Counted from the first letter of the stretch, positions 10,286 through 20,761 are shown. The stretch: DNA of 64,000 nt from an uncultured Nitrospiraceae bacterium (GCA_963811165.1 CAWEQH010000001.1:627563-691562), one strand, 5' to 3'. Notes: a model not told the origin generated them from the sequence alone. Program-made: numbers and translations.

Positions 10286-11131
10286 ATGCGGCCAATAAGG
10301 GAAAAGATTTTCGGGACGGCCATTTTTCTTATATTCTCGTTCCTTCTGAATTTTTGTGTCTCTCCGGCCGCAGACGCCGGGGAGGTTATCAGGATAGGGG
10401 GAGTGGGCGGCGCCCTCGGAACGATGAGGATACTCGCCTCGGCCTTCATGAAGTCATATCCGGGAATAAAAGTCGTCGTGCTCAAAAGTATAGGCACCAA
10501 GGGCGCACTTAAGGCAGTGCCCGACGGGGTGATCGATATCGGTCTCCTCGGCATGCCTTCAAAGGACAAAGGACTCGTATCGGGCGCAACGGTGATCGAT
10601 TATGCAAGTACCCCATTTATTTTCGTTGCCGGAAGGGGAGTAGAAAATAAAGGCCTCACTATCGAGGAGGTGGCGAGGATTTATCAGGGAGACATCAGGA
10701 ACTGGCCTGGGGGTGAGAAAATTCGTACGATAATGCGCAGGACCGATGATTCCGACAACCGTATTGTGGAAGGCATTTCTCCGGGCATAAAAACGGCGCT
10801 CGAAGAATTGCTGTCAAGCCGGGGACTTTTGTTTGCGGTCACCGATCAGGACAACCTGAACATTATTGAAAAGACGCCCGGTGCTCTCGGATACACGACG
10901 CTGGCACAAGTGATCTCCGAAAAGCGGCGGGTGAAGATCCTCTCACTCAACGGTGTTGTGCCAGGTGTAAGGACGCTTGGTGACGGCAGCTATCCGGTTT
11001 CTAAAACGTTCTCCATGATGACGAAACAGGAACCTTCCGGCAAGGTCCTCAGGTTCGTCAACTTTGTCATGTCTGAAGAAGGTGCGAAGATATTGAAGGA
11101 CAACGGAAACGTGGCCATTAGAAATAGGTGA
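10286..11131 (+). CDS. Periplasmic substrate-binding protein, PstS/PBP_like_2 family
   Basis: Signal peptide; IARIYxG.I.NW-like motif, PGALGY, GSYP typical of the phosphate-binding-like family. Confidence 0.8.
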   Translation: MRPIREKIFGTAIFLIFSFLLNFCVSPAADAGEVIRIGGVGGALGTMRILASAFMKSYPGIKVVVLKSIGTKGALKAVPDGVIDIGLLGMPSKDKGLVSGATVIDYASTPFIFVAGRGVENKGLTIEEVARIYQGDIRNWPGGEKIRTIMRRTDDSDNRIVEGISPGIKTALEELLSSRGLLFAVTDQDNLNIIEKTPGALGYTTLAQVISEKRRVKILSLNGVVPGVRTLGDGSYPVSKTFSMMTKQEPSGKVLRFVNFVMSEEGAKILKDNGNVAIRNR

Positions 11132-11141
11132 TCGACAACCT

Positions 11142-12779
11142 GTGACGAAGGAGACCTCAACAAATATCAGCAGAGTGCTTACGTGGGCGGTCGGGATCAT
11201 CTTAGGCATGCTCGCCTTCGTCCTTCCCGCGGGGTACTATTTGATCTCTTACCAGAATATGACCGGGAACCTCGAAGCCCTGGTCGATGACATCTCCCTG
11301 GAACTTTCTCAGGTGATAACGGAAAACCCCGATGTCTGGGAATATCAGCAGATACGATACCTGGGGTACCTGTCGCAAAGATCACGGCGGGGGCACGAAG
11401 AGGACAGGCTCATTCTTAACAATGAAGGAAAGATCATCGCAGAGTATTCAGACCCGTTGTCTCCGCCGCTGGTAAAGCGGTCTGCCGAACTGTACGATTC
11501 GGGGACAGTGGTGGGAAGACTCGAGATCTCCCGCTCGATGCGGCCGATACTGAACCGCACCATCATCCTGACACTGATTGCCGTGCCTCTTTGTTGGGGG
11601 GCCTTTCTGATCATACGTAAGATACCCCTTAACGCCATAAAGGATTCGGAAGAGTCGTTGAGGGCGAGCGAAGCGAGATTCCGCAGACTCTCACAGGAAT
11701 TTCATGTCCTTCTCAATGCCACCTCTGACGCCCTGCTGCTGGTGTCCCGGGACTTGACGGTGATATGGGCCAATAAGAGCGCCTCCGGCCTTCTTGAGGG
11801 AGGGGGAGGGGACACTGATCTTACGGGAAGGTATTGCTATGAAGTAATGCATAAGCGTTCCGGCCCCTGTCCGGACTGTTACCTCAGGAGGAGCCTTTCG
11901 ACGGGCGATACCGAGAGTTTTTCCTACTCGTCCCGGGACGGGAGACTTCTGGAGGCGCGCGCCTTCCCGATAAAAGAGGAAGATGGAGAGATGTACAACG
12001 CTTTGGCCGTGATCACCGACATTACGGAAAAAAACGCGCTCCAGGCCGAGGCCACGAGGGCCGCTCATCTCGCCTCGCTTGGAGAACTGGCAGCGGGGGT
12101 CGCGCATGAGATCAATAATCCCATAAATGGCGTTATCAACTATGCCCAGTTGCTGGTCAACAAGAGTCCGCAAGGAAGCAGGGAGAACGACCTCGCCGGC
12201 AGGATCGTACATGAAGGCGACAGGATCGCGAGGATCGTCGGAGGCCTTCTTTCCTTTGCGCGGGAGAGTAAGAATGAGAAGTCCGCCTGCCACCTGCAGA
12301 AAATAATAGACGACACGGTGATGCTGGTTGCTGCGCAGCTCCGGCATGACGGCATCAGCGTGCAGGTAAATGTGCCGGAAAAATTGGAGGAGGTAATCGT
12401 AAACCCGCAGCAGATCCAGCAGGTCTTTCTGAACATTATAAGCAACGCCCGGCATGCGCTAAACCTCAAATATTCAGGGGCGCGGAAGAACAAGACCCTC
12501 TCGATATCCTGCCAAAGCATAATTGCAGGCAGCTCTCCTTATGTGAGGACCACTTTTTATGACCGCGGGACCGGCATCCCTGCGGAGATACTGGAGAAGG
12601 TGATGCTTCCGTTTTTCTCTACGAAGCCCAGTGGACAAGGTACGGGACTGGGGCTGAGTATTTCTCATAATATCATAAAAGACCATGGAGGCCGGATCAT
12701 GATCGAAAGCGAGGAAGGCATATCTACGCAGGTCATTGTGGACCTGCCGGTGAGGAGGGAAGGTGGGGAAAAAGCATAG
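11142..12779 (+). CDS. Membrane PAS sensor histidine kinase
   Basis: Two TMs, PAS region, H-box AHEINNP, N-box, G-boxes PFFSTK..GTGLGL. Confidence 0.93.
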   Translation: MTKETSTNISRVLTWAVGIILGMLAFVLPAGYYLISYQNMTGNLEALVDDISLELSQVITENPDVWEYQQIRYLGYLSQRSRRGHEEDRLILNNEGKIIAEYSDPLSPPLVKRSAELYDSGTVVGRLEISRSMRPILNRTIILTLIAVPLCWGAFLIIRKIPLNAIKDSEESLRASEARFRRLSQEFHVLLNATSDALLLVSRDLTVIWANKSASGLLEGGGGDTDLTGRYCYEVMHKRSGPCPDCYLRRSLSTGDTESFSYSSRDGRLLEARAFPIKEEDGEMYNALAVITDITEKNALQAEATRAAHLASLGELAAGVAHEINNPINGVINYAQLLVNKSPQGSRENDLAGRIVHEGDRIARIVGGLLSFARESKNEKSACHLQKIIDDTVMLVAAQLRHDGISVQVNVPEKLEEVIVNPQQIQQVFLNIISNARHALNLKYSGARKNKTLSISCQSIIAGSSPYVRTTFYDRGTGIPAEILEKVMLPFFSTKPSGQGTGLGLSISHNIIKDHGGRIMIESEEGISTQVIVDLPVRREGGEKA

Positions 12780-13158
12780 GATCCTTATCGTCGATGATGA
12801 GGAGAGCATCAGATTTACCCTGGAATGTTTTCTCACGGAGGAGGGGTATGAGGTCGTAACCGCAAAGAATTACGGCGAGGCGGTAGAGATAATCGCAACC
12901 GGGGCGTTCGACATGATGTATGCCGACATAATCCTTGGGGGAGGAAAGACGGGTCTCGACGTGATCCGGGAGGCCAGGGCAAGAGGGGTAACCTGTCCCG
13001 TCGTCGTCATCACCGGAGCCCCCAGCGTGGAGACCGCGGTCGAGGCCGCCCACCTCGGGGTCTTTGATTATATTCCAAAACCTATCCGCTGGGAAAACCT
13101 CATGCGGACCACGAGGGCCGCACTGGAAGGGAAGGACCCCTACGGGGAAGAGGGATAA
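12763..13158 (+). CDS. Single-domain response regulator
   Basis: ILIVDDE, D-I-I, VVVITG, YIPKP. Confidence 0.9.
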   Translation: MGKKHRILIVDDEESIRFTLECFLTEEGYEVVTAKNYGEAVEIIATGAFDMMYADIILGGGKTGLDVIREARARGVTCPVVVITGAPSVETAVEAAHLGVFDYIPKPIRWENLMRTTRAALEGKDPYGEEG

Positions 13159-13184
13159 GGGCGTGTTTCGCTCCCCGAGCCCGG

Positions 13185-13715
13185 CTATCGGGACTTTTGT
13201 TCTTCCGTGCTCTCCAGCAGTCTGGTGAGTCCCAGCATGAGCTGAAGCGGCGTCGGAGGGCAACCCGGGATGCGGGCATCGACGGGTATCACCTTGTCGA
13301 TCCCGCCCAAAGAGGCGTAGCTTTCGCCGAAGATCCCGCCGTTACATGCGCAATCTCCAACGGCCACTACGAGCTTTGGGCCCGGGGTGGCGGCATACGT
13401 CCTTCGAAGGGCGATCTCCATATTATGAGTAACGGGTCCAGTGACAAGGAGCATGTCGGCGAAACGCGGAGATGCCGTAAAATGGATACCGTATTTTTCG
13501 CAGTTGTAGATAGGGTTGTTGATCGCGTGGATCTCGAGCTCGCAGCCGTTACATGAGCCCGCATCTACCTGTCTTATGGTGATGCTTCTCCTGAAGCGCT
13601 TTCTGACAGCCTCTTCCATCCTGAGCCCTACGACCTCGATCTCCTGTGCAGCCTGCGGGGGAAGAGGCTCGGTCACGATGCCCGTACGGAATATCTGCTT
13701 GAGTATCCTAATCAT
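13185..13715 (-). CDS. hyfI: Group-4 hydrogenase/Ehr small subunit (HyfI/HycG/NuoB-like)
   Basis: GSCNGCELE, SPRFAD, VGDCA, IPGCPP FeS ligands; start placed at MIRILK. Confidence 0.88.
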   Translation of the reverse strand: MIRILKQIFRTGIVTEPLPPQAAQEIEVVGLRMEEAVRKRFRRSITIRQVDAGSCNGCELEIHAINNPIYNCEKYGIHFTASPRFADMLLVTGPVTHNMEIALRRTYAATPGPKLVVAVGDCACNGGIFGESYASLGGIDKVIPVDARIPGCPPTPLQLMLGLTRLLESTEEQKSR

Positions 13716-13752
13716 GACCACCTCGGAAAAAAACGGAAATGTGGCAAAATGG

Positions 13753-13878
13753 GACGGGTTTATAAAAAGCTCCGGAGGCAAGGCGCGCAAGAAATGAGGA
13801 ATGAGGCGTACCTGCAGGTACGTCGCAGTGACGAGAGGTGAAGTGCAACGCAGCATACGGACTTTTTATGAAGCCGTC
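13753..13878. mobile_element. MITE-like element, ~126 bp, with terminal inverted repeats
   Basis: Left end gacgggtttataaaaagctcc versus reverse complement of right end gacggcttcataaaaagtcc; internal gcgtacctgcaggtacgt palindrome; no ORF. Confidence 0.7.
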
Positions 13879-13880
13879 AA

Positions 13881-15464
13881 TCATAAATCATGCCCCGAAT
13901 AGGATTGGTTAAAGCTCTTGTTGCAGAGCGGGAAGTCGGGGACTATATTGCCGTGTATCGCCCGTTCGAGTCCGAGCCAGTTGACGCTGGAAGGGTCCCT
14001 CACCATGCAGCGGTTGACCTCTCCTGCTGTCCCGGACTGGAGCCAGTAGATGATCTCACCTCGCCAGCCTTCGACTGCTGCGAACCCCGCCTTATCAGGA
14101 GGGGGTGCTTCGAGAGGGACCGATATAGCCCCGCCCGGCATGTTCTCCAGAATCCAGCGGATTATCCTTATCGATTCACGTATCTCCTGGACCCTGACCC
14201 ATGTCCTTGCATGGACATCGCCGGTGATCATGACAGGTACTCCGAGTTCCAGCCTGTCATATTGGTCGTACGGCGGGAAGGGGTTGAAGATGCGGCAGTC
14301 GAGGTTCAGGCCGCTCGCCCTTGCAACGATGCCCACCGCGCATATCTCCCTCGCCCGCTTCGGCTTAAGCATCCCCGTGTTTCTCACTCTGTCTTCTAAA
14401 GAAGGGTTTTCTTCATATATCGTCACAAGCCTCTCGAAGTCCTTTGAAAGGCGCGCAAGCTCTTCCACTATTTCGGCGCTCCCTTTTTTATCGATATCGA
14501 CCGCGACCCCTCCGGGTATTACCCTATCCATGATAAACCTGTGCCCGAAGAGCGTATGGTTTGTCCGAAGGAGCATCTCCTTGAGCCTCATCATCTGATA
14601 CAGCATGAACGCAAATGCGGCGTCGTTGCAGATGGCGCCTATGTCTCCCAGATGGTTGGCGATGCGCTCCCTTTCGAGGAAAAGCGCCCTTAGCCAGTGC
14701 GCCCTTTCGGGCGGATTGCATCCTGCCAGGGATTCAAGCGCCATGCAGTAAGTGAGACTATGGGCCACGGTAGTGTCCCCTGAGACGCGGCCGGCGAGCC
14801 TGAAGCCTTCCTGCCAGGAAAGGGACTCGAACCTTTTCTCTATGCCCTTATGCACGTATCCAAGCCGCTCTTCAAGGTTCAGGACGTCTTCCCCCACCGC
14901 CTGAAAACGGAAATGGCCTGGCTCGATGATCCCTGCGTGGACAGGTCCTACGGGTATCTCATATACCCCTTCCCCCTCGGCCTTCGTCCACTTGTATTCA
15001 CCTTTTACCCGCGGCATCGGCTTCGATGGATCGAAGGATTTCCGGAGAGGCCAGGCGTCCTCGGGCCAGTCTTCGAACTTTATCCACGGGCGGGTATCGG
15101 GGTGGTCAAGCGGAGTGATACCCATAAGGCTCCTTATCTGACGCTCGAAGCGATAGGCGGGAAGGAACTTCTTCGTTAAGCTCGGGAACGTAGGATCATC
15201 GGCAGGGGCCTCTGTCTTTACGATGAGATATTCGGAGCCCCAGCGATAACACGCGAATATCCCGTACCCTCTCCCTAAAGACGTCTCGTCGGTTGCCCAT
15301 TCGGCCGCAAGAAGCGCATACGCCTTTTTCATCGCCCTTGCCGCCTCGACGAATTTTTCTCTGGGCACGGAGCAAAAGACTACACGGGCCGGGTATTGGT
15401 ATCCCTCTACGAAATGGACGTCCTCTTTAAGCAGTGACGTTATCGCGTCTTTCAGTATGCTCAT
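13881..15464 (-). CDS. hyfG: HyfG/HycE-like (NuoC+NuoD fusion) large subunit lacking Ni-binding cysteines (EhrL type)
   Basis: PVGPVHAGIIEPGHFRF, ERLGYVHKGIEK, EGWRGE; RVSGDTTVAH and NKSFNQSYSGHDL replace the two CxxC motifs. Confidence 0.88.
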   Translation of the reverse strand: MSILKDAITSLLKEDVHFVEGYQYPARVVFCSVPREKFVEAARAMKKAYALLAAEWATDETSLGRGYGIFACYRWGSEYLIVKTEAPADDPTFPSLTKKFLPAYRFERQIRSLMGITPLDHPDTRPWIKFEDWPEDAWPLRKSFDPSKPMPRVKGEYKWTKAEGEGVYEIPVGPVHAGIIEPGHFRFQAVGEDVLNLEERLGYVHKGIEKRFESLSWQEGFRLAGRVSGDTTVAHSLTYCMALESLAGCNPPERAHWLRALFLERERIANHLGDIGAICNDAAFAFMLYQMMRLKEMLLRTNHTLFGHRFIMDRVIPGGVAVDIDKKGSAEIVEELARLSKDFERLVTIYEENPSLEDRVRNTGMLKPKRAREICAVGIVARASGLNLDCRIFNPFPPYDQYDRLELGVPVMITGDVHARTWVRVQEIRESIRIIRWILENMPGGAISVPLEAPPPDKAGFAAVEGWRGEIIYWLQSGTAGEVNRCMVRDPSSVNWLGLERAIHGNIVPDFPLCNKSFNQSYSGHDL

Positions 15465-16909
15465 TTTAGTAACGCCACCGCGGTATGGAACCATTGGTTC
15501 AGAAAATCAGGCATATAGAGGCCAAGGAAGAGGACTAATGCCATATGAAGCAGGACCGGCAGATGGGCCACCCGCAAAGATTTTTGGTATGAAGGGATTT
15601 CTCCGGAGACCATCGGCTGGACCCTGCGGAATAGTGCTGCAAAGGCGACGCCGAGACCGAGCAGGAGAAAAGGGGTCAGAAGGGGCGCGTCTTTGATCGT
15701 GGCGGTGAGGATGAGAAATTCGCTTGTGAATACACCAAAGGGCGGCATGCCGACTATCGCCATCACGCCAAACATCAGTCCCCACCCTACGAGCGGGTTT
15801 CCCCTGAACAGCCCCTTAATCCGCTCCATGTCCTGCGTGCGGTGCATCTGCGATGCGTGACCGACGGTAAAGAATATGGAGGACTTGGCGAGGCTGTGGA
15901 CGAGCATATGGAGAAGGCCGCCGAAGGTCGCGATCGGCCCGCCCAGACCGAAGGCAAAAGTGGCTATCCCCATATGCTCTATGGACGAGTATGAGAACAT
16001 CCGTTTGATGTCTTTTTGCCTAAGGAGAGAAAATGCCGCCACGAGGATCGACAGAAGTCCAAAGCCCATCATGATGTCTCCGGCGTGATGTGTCCCGGTA
16101 GAGCCGTCTACTAAGACCTTGCATCTGACGAGCGCATAGAGGGCGACATTCAGCAGCAGGCCCGAAAGCACCGCGGAGATCGGCGTCGGGCCTTCGCTAT
16201 GCGCGTCCGGAAGCCAGTTATGAAGGGGCACAAGACCGACCTTGGTGCCGTATCCCACCATGAGAAAGACAAAGGCAAGAGACAATACGGTCGGCTCCAG
16301 CTGACCGCTCACCCGGCTTAGGTTTGTCCAGAGCAGGGCCTCCCCTCCTTCACCCAGGACCTTCTCAGCGGCAAAGTAGAGGAGCACCGTCCCGAAGAGC
16401 GCCTGGGCGATGCCCACGCCGCAGAGGATAAAATATTTCCAGGCCGCCTCGATCGCGGTGGGCGTACGGTAGAGCGAAACCAGAAGGACCGTTGAGAGTG
16501 TGGCCAGTTCCATCGCGATCCATAATACGCCGACATTGTTGGTCAGGAGGCAAAGGAGCATGGCGAAGATAAAGAGCTGGAACATCGCATGATAAAACCG
16601 CATCCCTATATGCCCGACACGGCCGTGTTCCCTCTCCCTGCGCATATAGCGCCTGCTGAAGACAGCGGTGGTCATCGAGACAAAAGAGGTGAGGACCGCG
16701 AGATAAACATTAAAGGCGTCGACAAAGAAAAATTTCCCCCCTGCAAGCATGGGACCGTGGTAATAGACTTGGAAGGCCAGCCCGAGACCCGCTCCGAAAT
16801 TTGCGGCCGAGCAAAGGATATTGATCTCAGGGGCAAACTTTCTGTCTCCCACAAAGCCCAGTATGACCGCGGCAAAAAGAGGCACCACCAACAAAATAAG
16901 CAGCATCAT
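15461..16909 (-). CDS. hyfF: Hydrogenase-4 component F, antiporter-like membrane subunit
   Basis: EAAWKYFILC, GYGTKVGLVPLHNWLPDAHSEGPTP, YSSIEHMG. Confidence 0.9.
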   Translation of the reverse strand: MMLLILLVVPLFAAVILGFVGDRKFAPEINILCSAANFGAGLGLAFQVYYHGPMLAGGKFFFVDAFNVYLAVLTSFVSMTTAVFSRRYMRREREHGRVGHIGMRFYHAMFQLFIFAMLLCLLTNNVGVLWIAMELATLSTVLLVSLYRTPTAIEAAWKYFILCGVGIAQALFGTVLLYFAAEKVLGEGGEALLWTNLSRVSGQLEPTVLSLAFVFLMVGYGTKVGLVPLHNWLPDAHSEGPTPISAVLSGLLLNVALYALVRCKVLVDGSTGTHHAGDIMMGFGLLSILVAAFSLLRQKDIKRMFSYSSIEHMGIATFAFGLGGPIATFGGLLHMLVHSLAKSSIFFTVGHASQMHRTQDMERIKGLFRGNPLVGWGLMFGVMAIVGMPPFGVFTSEFLILTATIKDAPLLTPFLLLGLGVAFAALFRRVQPMVSGEIPSYQKSLRVAHLPVLLHMALVLFLGLYMPDFLNQWFHTAVALLK

Positions 16910-16939
16910 AGGGCCACTCCAACCCTCATCGGTCTAATC

Positions 16940-17093
16940 AATACGGGACAGGCGGGTGAAAAATCTTTTATGCGACGCCTTATAAAAAAAAGCCCTTGAG
17001 GGGTCGGCAAAAAGACCTCTGAATCATGTAGAAGACTATATATATAAACCATAATGTCGATCATAAAAATTTTTCAGCCGTTTGTCCCGTGTT
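16940..17093. repeat. Long imperfect inverted repeat (~37 bp arms) filling the hyfE-hyfF spacer
   Basis: aatacgggacaggcgggtgaaaaatcttttatgcgac (16940-16976) pairs with gtcgatcataaaaatttttcagccgtttgtcccgtgtt (17056-17093). Confidence 0.7.
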
Positions 17094-17102
17094 CGTTGTC
17101 AC

Positions 17103-17768
17103 CTAATCTCCCTCCTTCAGCCTCGCCATCTGTTCCACATCCAGGCTGTCAAAGGTGGTGTGTATGTGGAAAAAGAATATCCCGAATATAAACGCCGCGA
17201 TCAGGACGTCCAGCGCTACCCCGAGCTCAACTACAAGGGGCATGCCGTACGTCGCGCTGGTCGCCGCGAAGAAAAGCCCGTTTTCCATCGCGAGGAAGCC
17301 TATGATCTGGGTGACCGCATGTCTTCTGGTGATCATCATCAGAAGCCCGATCATGACTGTAGCGAGCGCCACCGCAAGGGTCGAGCGCGTCACCAGTGTC
17401 GAGAGCTCCCGGACAGGGGCGGTCAGGTGATAGGACAAGATCACGAGCGCGATGCCTATCAGCATGGTCAGAGGCACGTTCACGATCGTCTCGACTTCCT
17501 TTTGTATCTTCAGACGCATGATAAGGACATGCAGGATGTACGGCAGGAGGATCACCTTGAGCGAGAGCGTCAGGAGCGAAGATATATAGAGGTGATGTTT
17601 ACCCGCGACAAACCCGACTATAGCCGTGCTGATCGAAAGGAAAAGCCCCTGCCACGCGAAAAGATGGATCAGCCCGTACATCCTCCGCTGCACCAGCATG
17701 CCGAAGGCGGTCAGGAGCACGAGCGCCGCCAGAAAACTGTTTATCTGTGCTGCAAACTGAAGATTCAT
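17103..17768 (-). CDS. hyfE: Hydrogenase-4 component E
   Basis: Hydrophobic protein; QIIGFLAMENG..GMPLVVELG..LDV motif; operon position. Confidence 0.88.
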   Translation of the reverse strand: MNLQFAAQINSFLAALVLLTAFGMLVQRRMYGLIHLFAWQGLFLSISTAIVGFVAGKHHLYISSLLTLSLKVILLPYILHVLIMRLKIQKEVETIVNVPLTMLIGIALVILSYHLTAPVRELSTLVTRSTLAVALATVMIGLLMMITRRHAVTQIIGFLAMENGLFFAATSATYGMPLVVELGVALDVLIAAFIFGIFFFHIHTTFDSLDVEQMARLKEGD

Positions 17769-17769
17769 C

Positions 17770-18716
17770 TCACTCCAGAATAAAATACGACAACATCCCG
17801 AGTGTCGCCAGCAAGAAGGCCGACCCGAGGAATTCGGTTAATCTGAACAAGCCGCATCTTCGCAAGCCCTGTCTCTATCAACACGAGGACGACGCCCGCA
17901 ATGCCCAGCTTCAGCGCCATAAAAAGGAACGCCGCGGGGACCGCAGAAGGTTCCCCGTCGGCTGCGATGCCCCAGGGCGAAAAGGCCGCGATCCCGAGCA
18001 TGACGAAGAGGAAGAGTTTCATCATCGACGCCCACTCCATCAGCGCGAGGTGTCTTCCGGAATATTCGAGGATCATCGCCTCATGGATCATCGTCAGTTC
18101 CAGGTGTGTCGCCGGGTTGTCAACAGGGATCCTCCCTGTTTCGGCAAGCGCGATCAGTATAAAGGCAAGCAGCGCAAAGACAATAGAGGGTCTAAGGACA
18201 GGCTGGCCGCTTAGATGACCTGCACCATCTGTGAAAGCGAGGTGGACTTGCTTGCAAGGGACATCGTAAAGATCGCCATCAGCATCGCCGGTTCGGCCAG
18301 CGAGGCGATAGTCATTTCACGGCTCGAGCCCATGCCCCCAAAGGCCGTGCCTATATCCATCCCTGCCAGGGCGGTAAAGAACCGCGCGATCGCAAAGAGT
18401 GCCACCAGCACAATGACGTCGGCGGTCGCTGCGAAGGGCAGGTCGACTGACAGTATCGGGATGATGCCCCCGGCGATCACCGCAGTGCCGAAGACAAGGT
18501 ATGGGGTAAAGCGGAATATCCAGGAGGCGTTTTCAGCCAGGACCACATCCTTGGAAAAGAGTTTCTGATGTCCCGGTAAGGCTGAAAAATACCCGGGGAG
18601 CTTCTGGCCCTGGGCCCAGCATTTCAGCATCCTGACCCATCCTGCAAAGACAGGGGCGACCGCAAGGAGCATCGAAGACCTGCAATATCTCTATCAAAAA
18701 AGGATACAGCGATCAT
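17770..18716 (-). pseudogene. hyfC: HyfC/HycD (NuoH-like) membrane subunit, frameshifted
   Basis: Pieces in different frames: GTAFGGMGSSRE..AEP, AETGRIPVDNPATHLELTMIHEAMILEYSG, LFRLTEFLGSAFLL..ILE*; several indels that may be sequencing errors. Confidence 0.75.
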
Positions 18717-20761
18717 CGCAGAAACACCAGGAGCACGATGATCGTCAGGAACGAATAGATCAGATACACCTGGATGCGGCCCTGCTGAAGTCTCCCGACC
18801 TTGCGCGAGATCCAGAAGCTCAGCTCGATTACCGGCTTATAGAGCCAGCCCCAGAAACGGTCCCTTACCCGCAGGGAATAATGGAGCTTCTTCGGAAAGG
18901 CTCGTGAGCGCTCTGCGGGCCTATCCGGGCTATGTTCCTTTATGATGAAAGAGAAATCCGAATATCCTCCGGATCGGCATGGAAAAGGAAGTGGCGTTAT
19001 ACTGCATCCTCTGGTTGATCTTCTCAAACCCGCAGTCCCAGATCGGGACCCTTTTTATGGTGCCCGGCTTGACATGGAGAAGAACGTAAGCGAGATTACG
19101 ACCGCCAGTATTCCGCAAAAGACGATCGGGCCGGAATATGAGGCGCGTTCGGGGGCAATCGGGGTAAGCCACATCCAGCCGAATGCGCCTGCGGATGTGC
19201 CGATCTTGGCGCCGAGCAGCTGCTGCGGTGAGCGTATCCATCCAGTTGATCACAATGGTCGGGAAAATGCCGAGGCATAGACAGGTGAGTGCCGCCATGA
19301 TCATTCCCGACGCGCATAGACCAGTCCGCCTCGTGGACTTGTTGGCTTGTGGTGGCCCCGCCAGTGGCCCAGAAACGTCACGCCGAACGCCTTTACGAAA
19401 CAGGCGGCGGCAAGCGCCCCTGTGAGGGCAAGGAGCGCCGCGCCCATCGGGATGAGCAGTTTCAGGAGCGGGCTCGGCAGGGACGGAGAGAGCAGAAAGG
19501 CCTGGAACGTGAGCCACTCAGACACAAAACCGTTAAAAGGCGGCAGCGCCGAGATGGAAACGCAGCCGATCAGGAAAAGGGCGGCGGTCCAGGGCATCCG
19601 GTGGATAAGTCCGCCCATCTCCTCCATGTTCCGCTCGTGCGTGGCATGGAGCACCGCGCCCGCCCCCATGAAGAGCAGCCCCTTGAACATGGCATGGTTC
19701 AGGGTGTGATAGATGCCCGCCGTAAGCGCCAGGGCCGCAAGGAGCGGCAACTTGAAGGAGGTAAAGATCATCGCCAGCCCTACCCCGATCAGGATGATGC
19801 CGATATTTTCGACCGAATGATAGGCAAGAAGGCGCTTCAGATCATGCTGCATCAGGGCGTAGAGCACCCCCATGACAGCGGAAATGAGTCCCAATACCAG
19901 CACTATCGCCCCCCACCACCAGGGGAACACCTTGATGAGGTCGAAGGTGACGCGGATGATCCCGTAGATCGCGGTCTTTAGCATCACGCCGCTCATCAGT
20001 GCCGAGACGTTCGACGGCGCAACAGGGTGCGCCTCAGGCAGCCATACGTGCAGCGGGACGACGCCGGCCTTTGCGGCGAACCCGAAAAAAGACAGGAGAA
20101 ACGCGGCAGTGGCCCATTCGACCGGGAACCGGGCGTTGCGCATCGCGTCGAAGGTATAGCCGCTGAAACTCCCAAATCCTGTGGCAAGGCCCGCCAGCAC
20201 TCCAAAGGAAAGAAGGATAGCGATTGCGCCCACGTGGGCGATGACCATATAGAGGAAGGCGGCCCTCCTGTTTTCGATGCGCTCATTTTCAAACATCACG
20301 AGGAAATAAGAGGCAGCGGCCATGATCTCCCAGGAAATAAGGAAGATCAATGCATCGTCGGAGAGCACCACCATATACATCCCGGCAAGGAAGAGACAGT
20401 AGAAAATGACGAGGCTGGTTACGGACCTCCTGCCCAGAAACCCTTTGATATACCCTATCGAATAGACGGACACAAAGAAGGCCAGGAGACCGATGACCGT
20501 CAGGAAGAAGCCGGCAAGGGGGTCGAGCCTCAGATGGAAAGGAAGGTCCGGAAGCCCCATGAGCAGCTGGATCTTCTGGGTCTGACCGCTCCAGACGGCC
20601 GAGGCCCCGGCGATTACCGAGAGCAAAGCGGAGACTGCAGCCACAAAAAAGGTGAAATAAGAAAGAAGGCGCTGTCTGAAGGAGATAAACGGCGCAAGGG
20701 CGACCGGCAGCAAGAGCAGGAGAACGGCAAAAGAGGCAAGGTCTATTTGCTCAGTCAACAT
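18713..20761 (-). pseudogene. hyfB: HyfB antiporter-like membrane subunit, C-terminal third frameshifted
   Basis: KAGVVPLHVWLPEAHPVAPS, LAYHSVENIG, PPFNGFVSEW; continues in other frames via WDCGF..MQY.ATSFSMP and LQQGRIQVYLIY. Confidence 0.8.

Noticed and set aside
13881..15464. Functional [NiFe] hydrogenase / formate hydrogenlyase
   Set aside because: Ni-ligating cysteines absent; no fdh or maturation genes here
16995..17025. c-di-GMP riboswitch, suggested by GGCAAA
   Set aside because: No GAAA tetraloop/receptor or second GEMM stem seen, and it lies antisense to the operon
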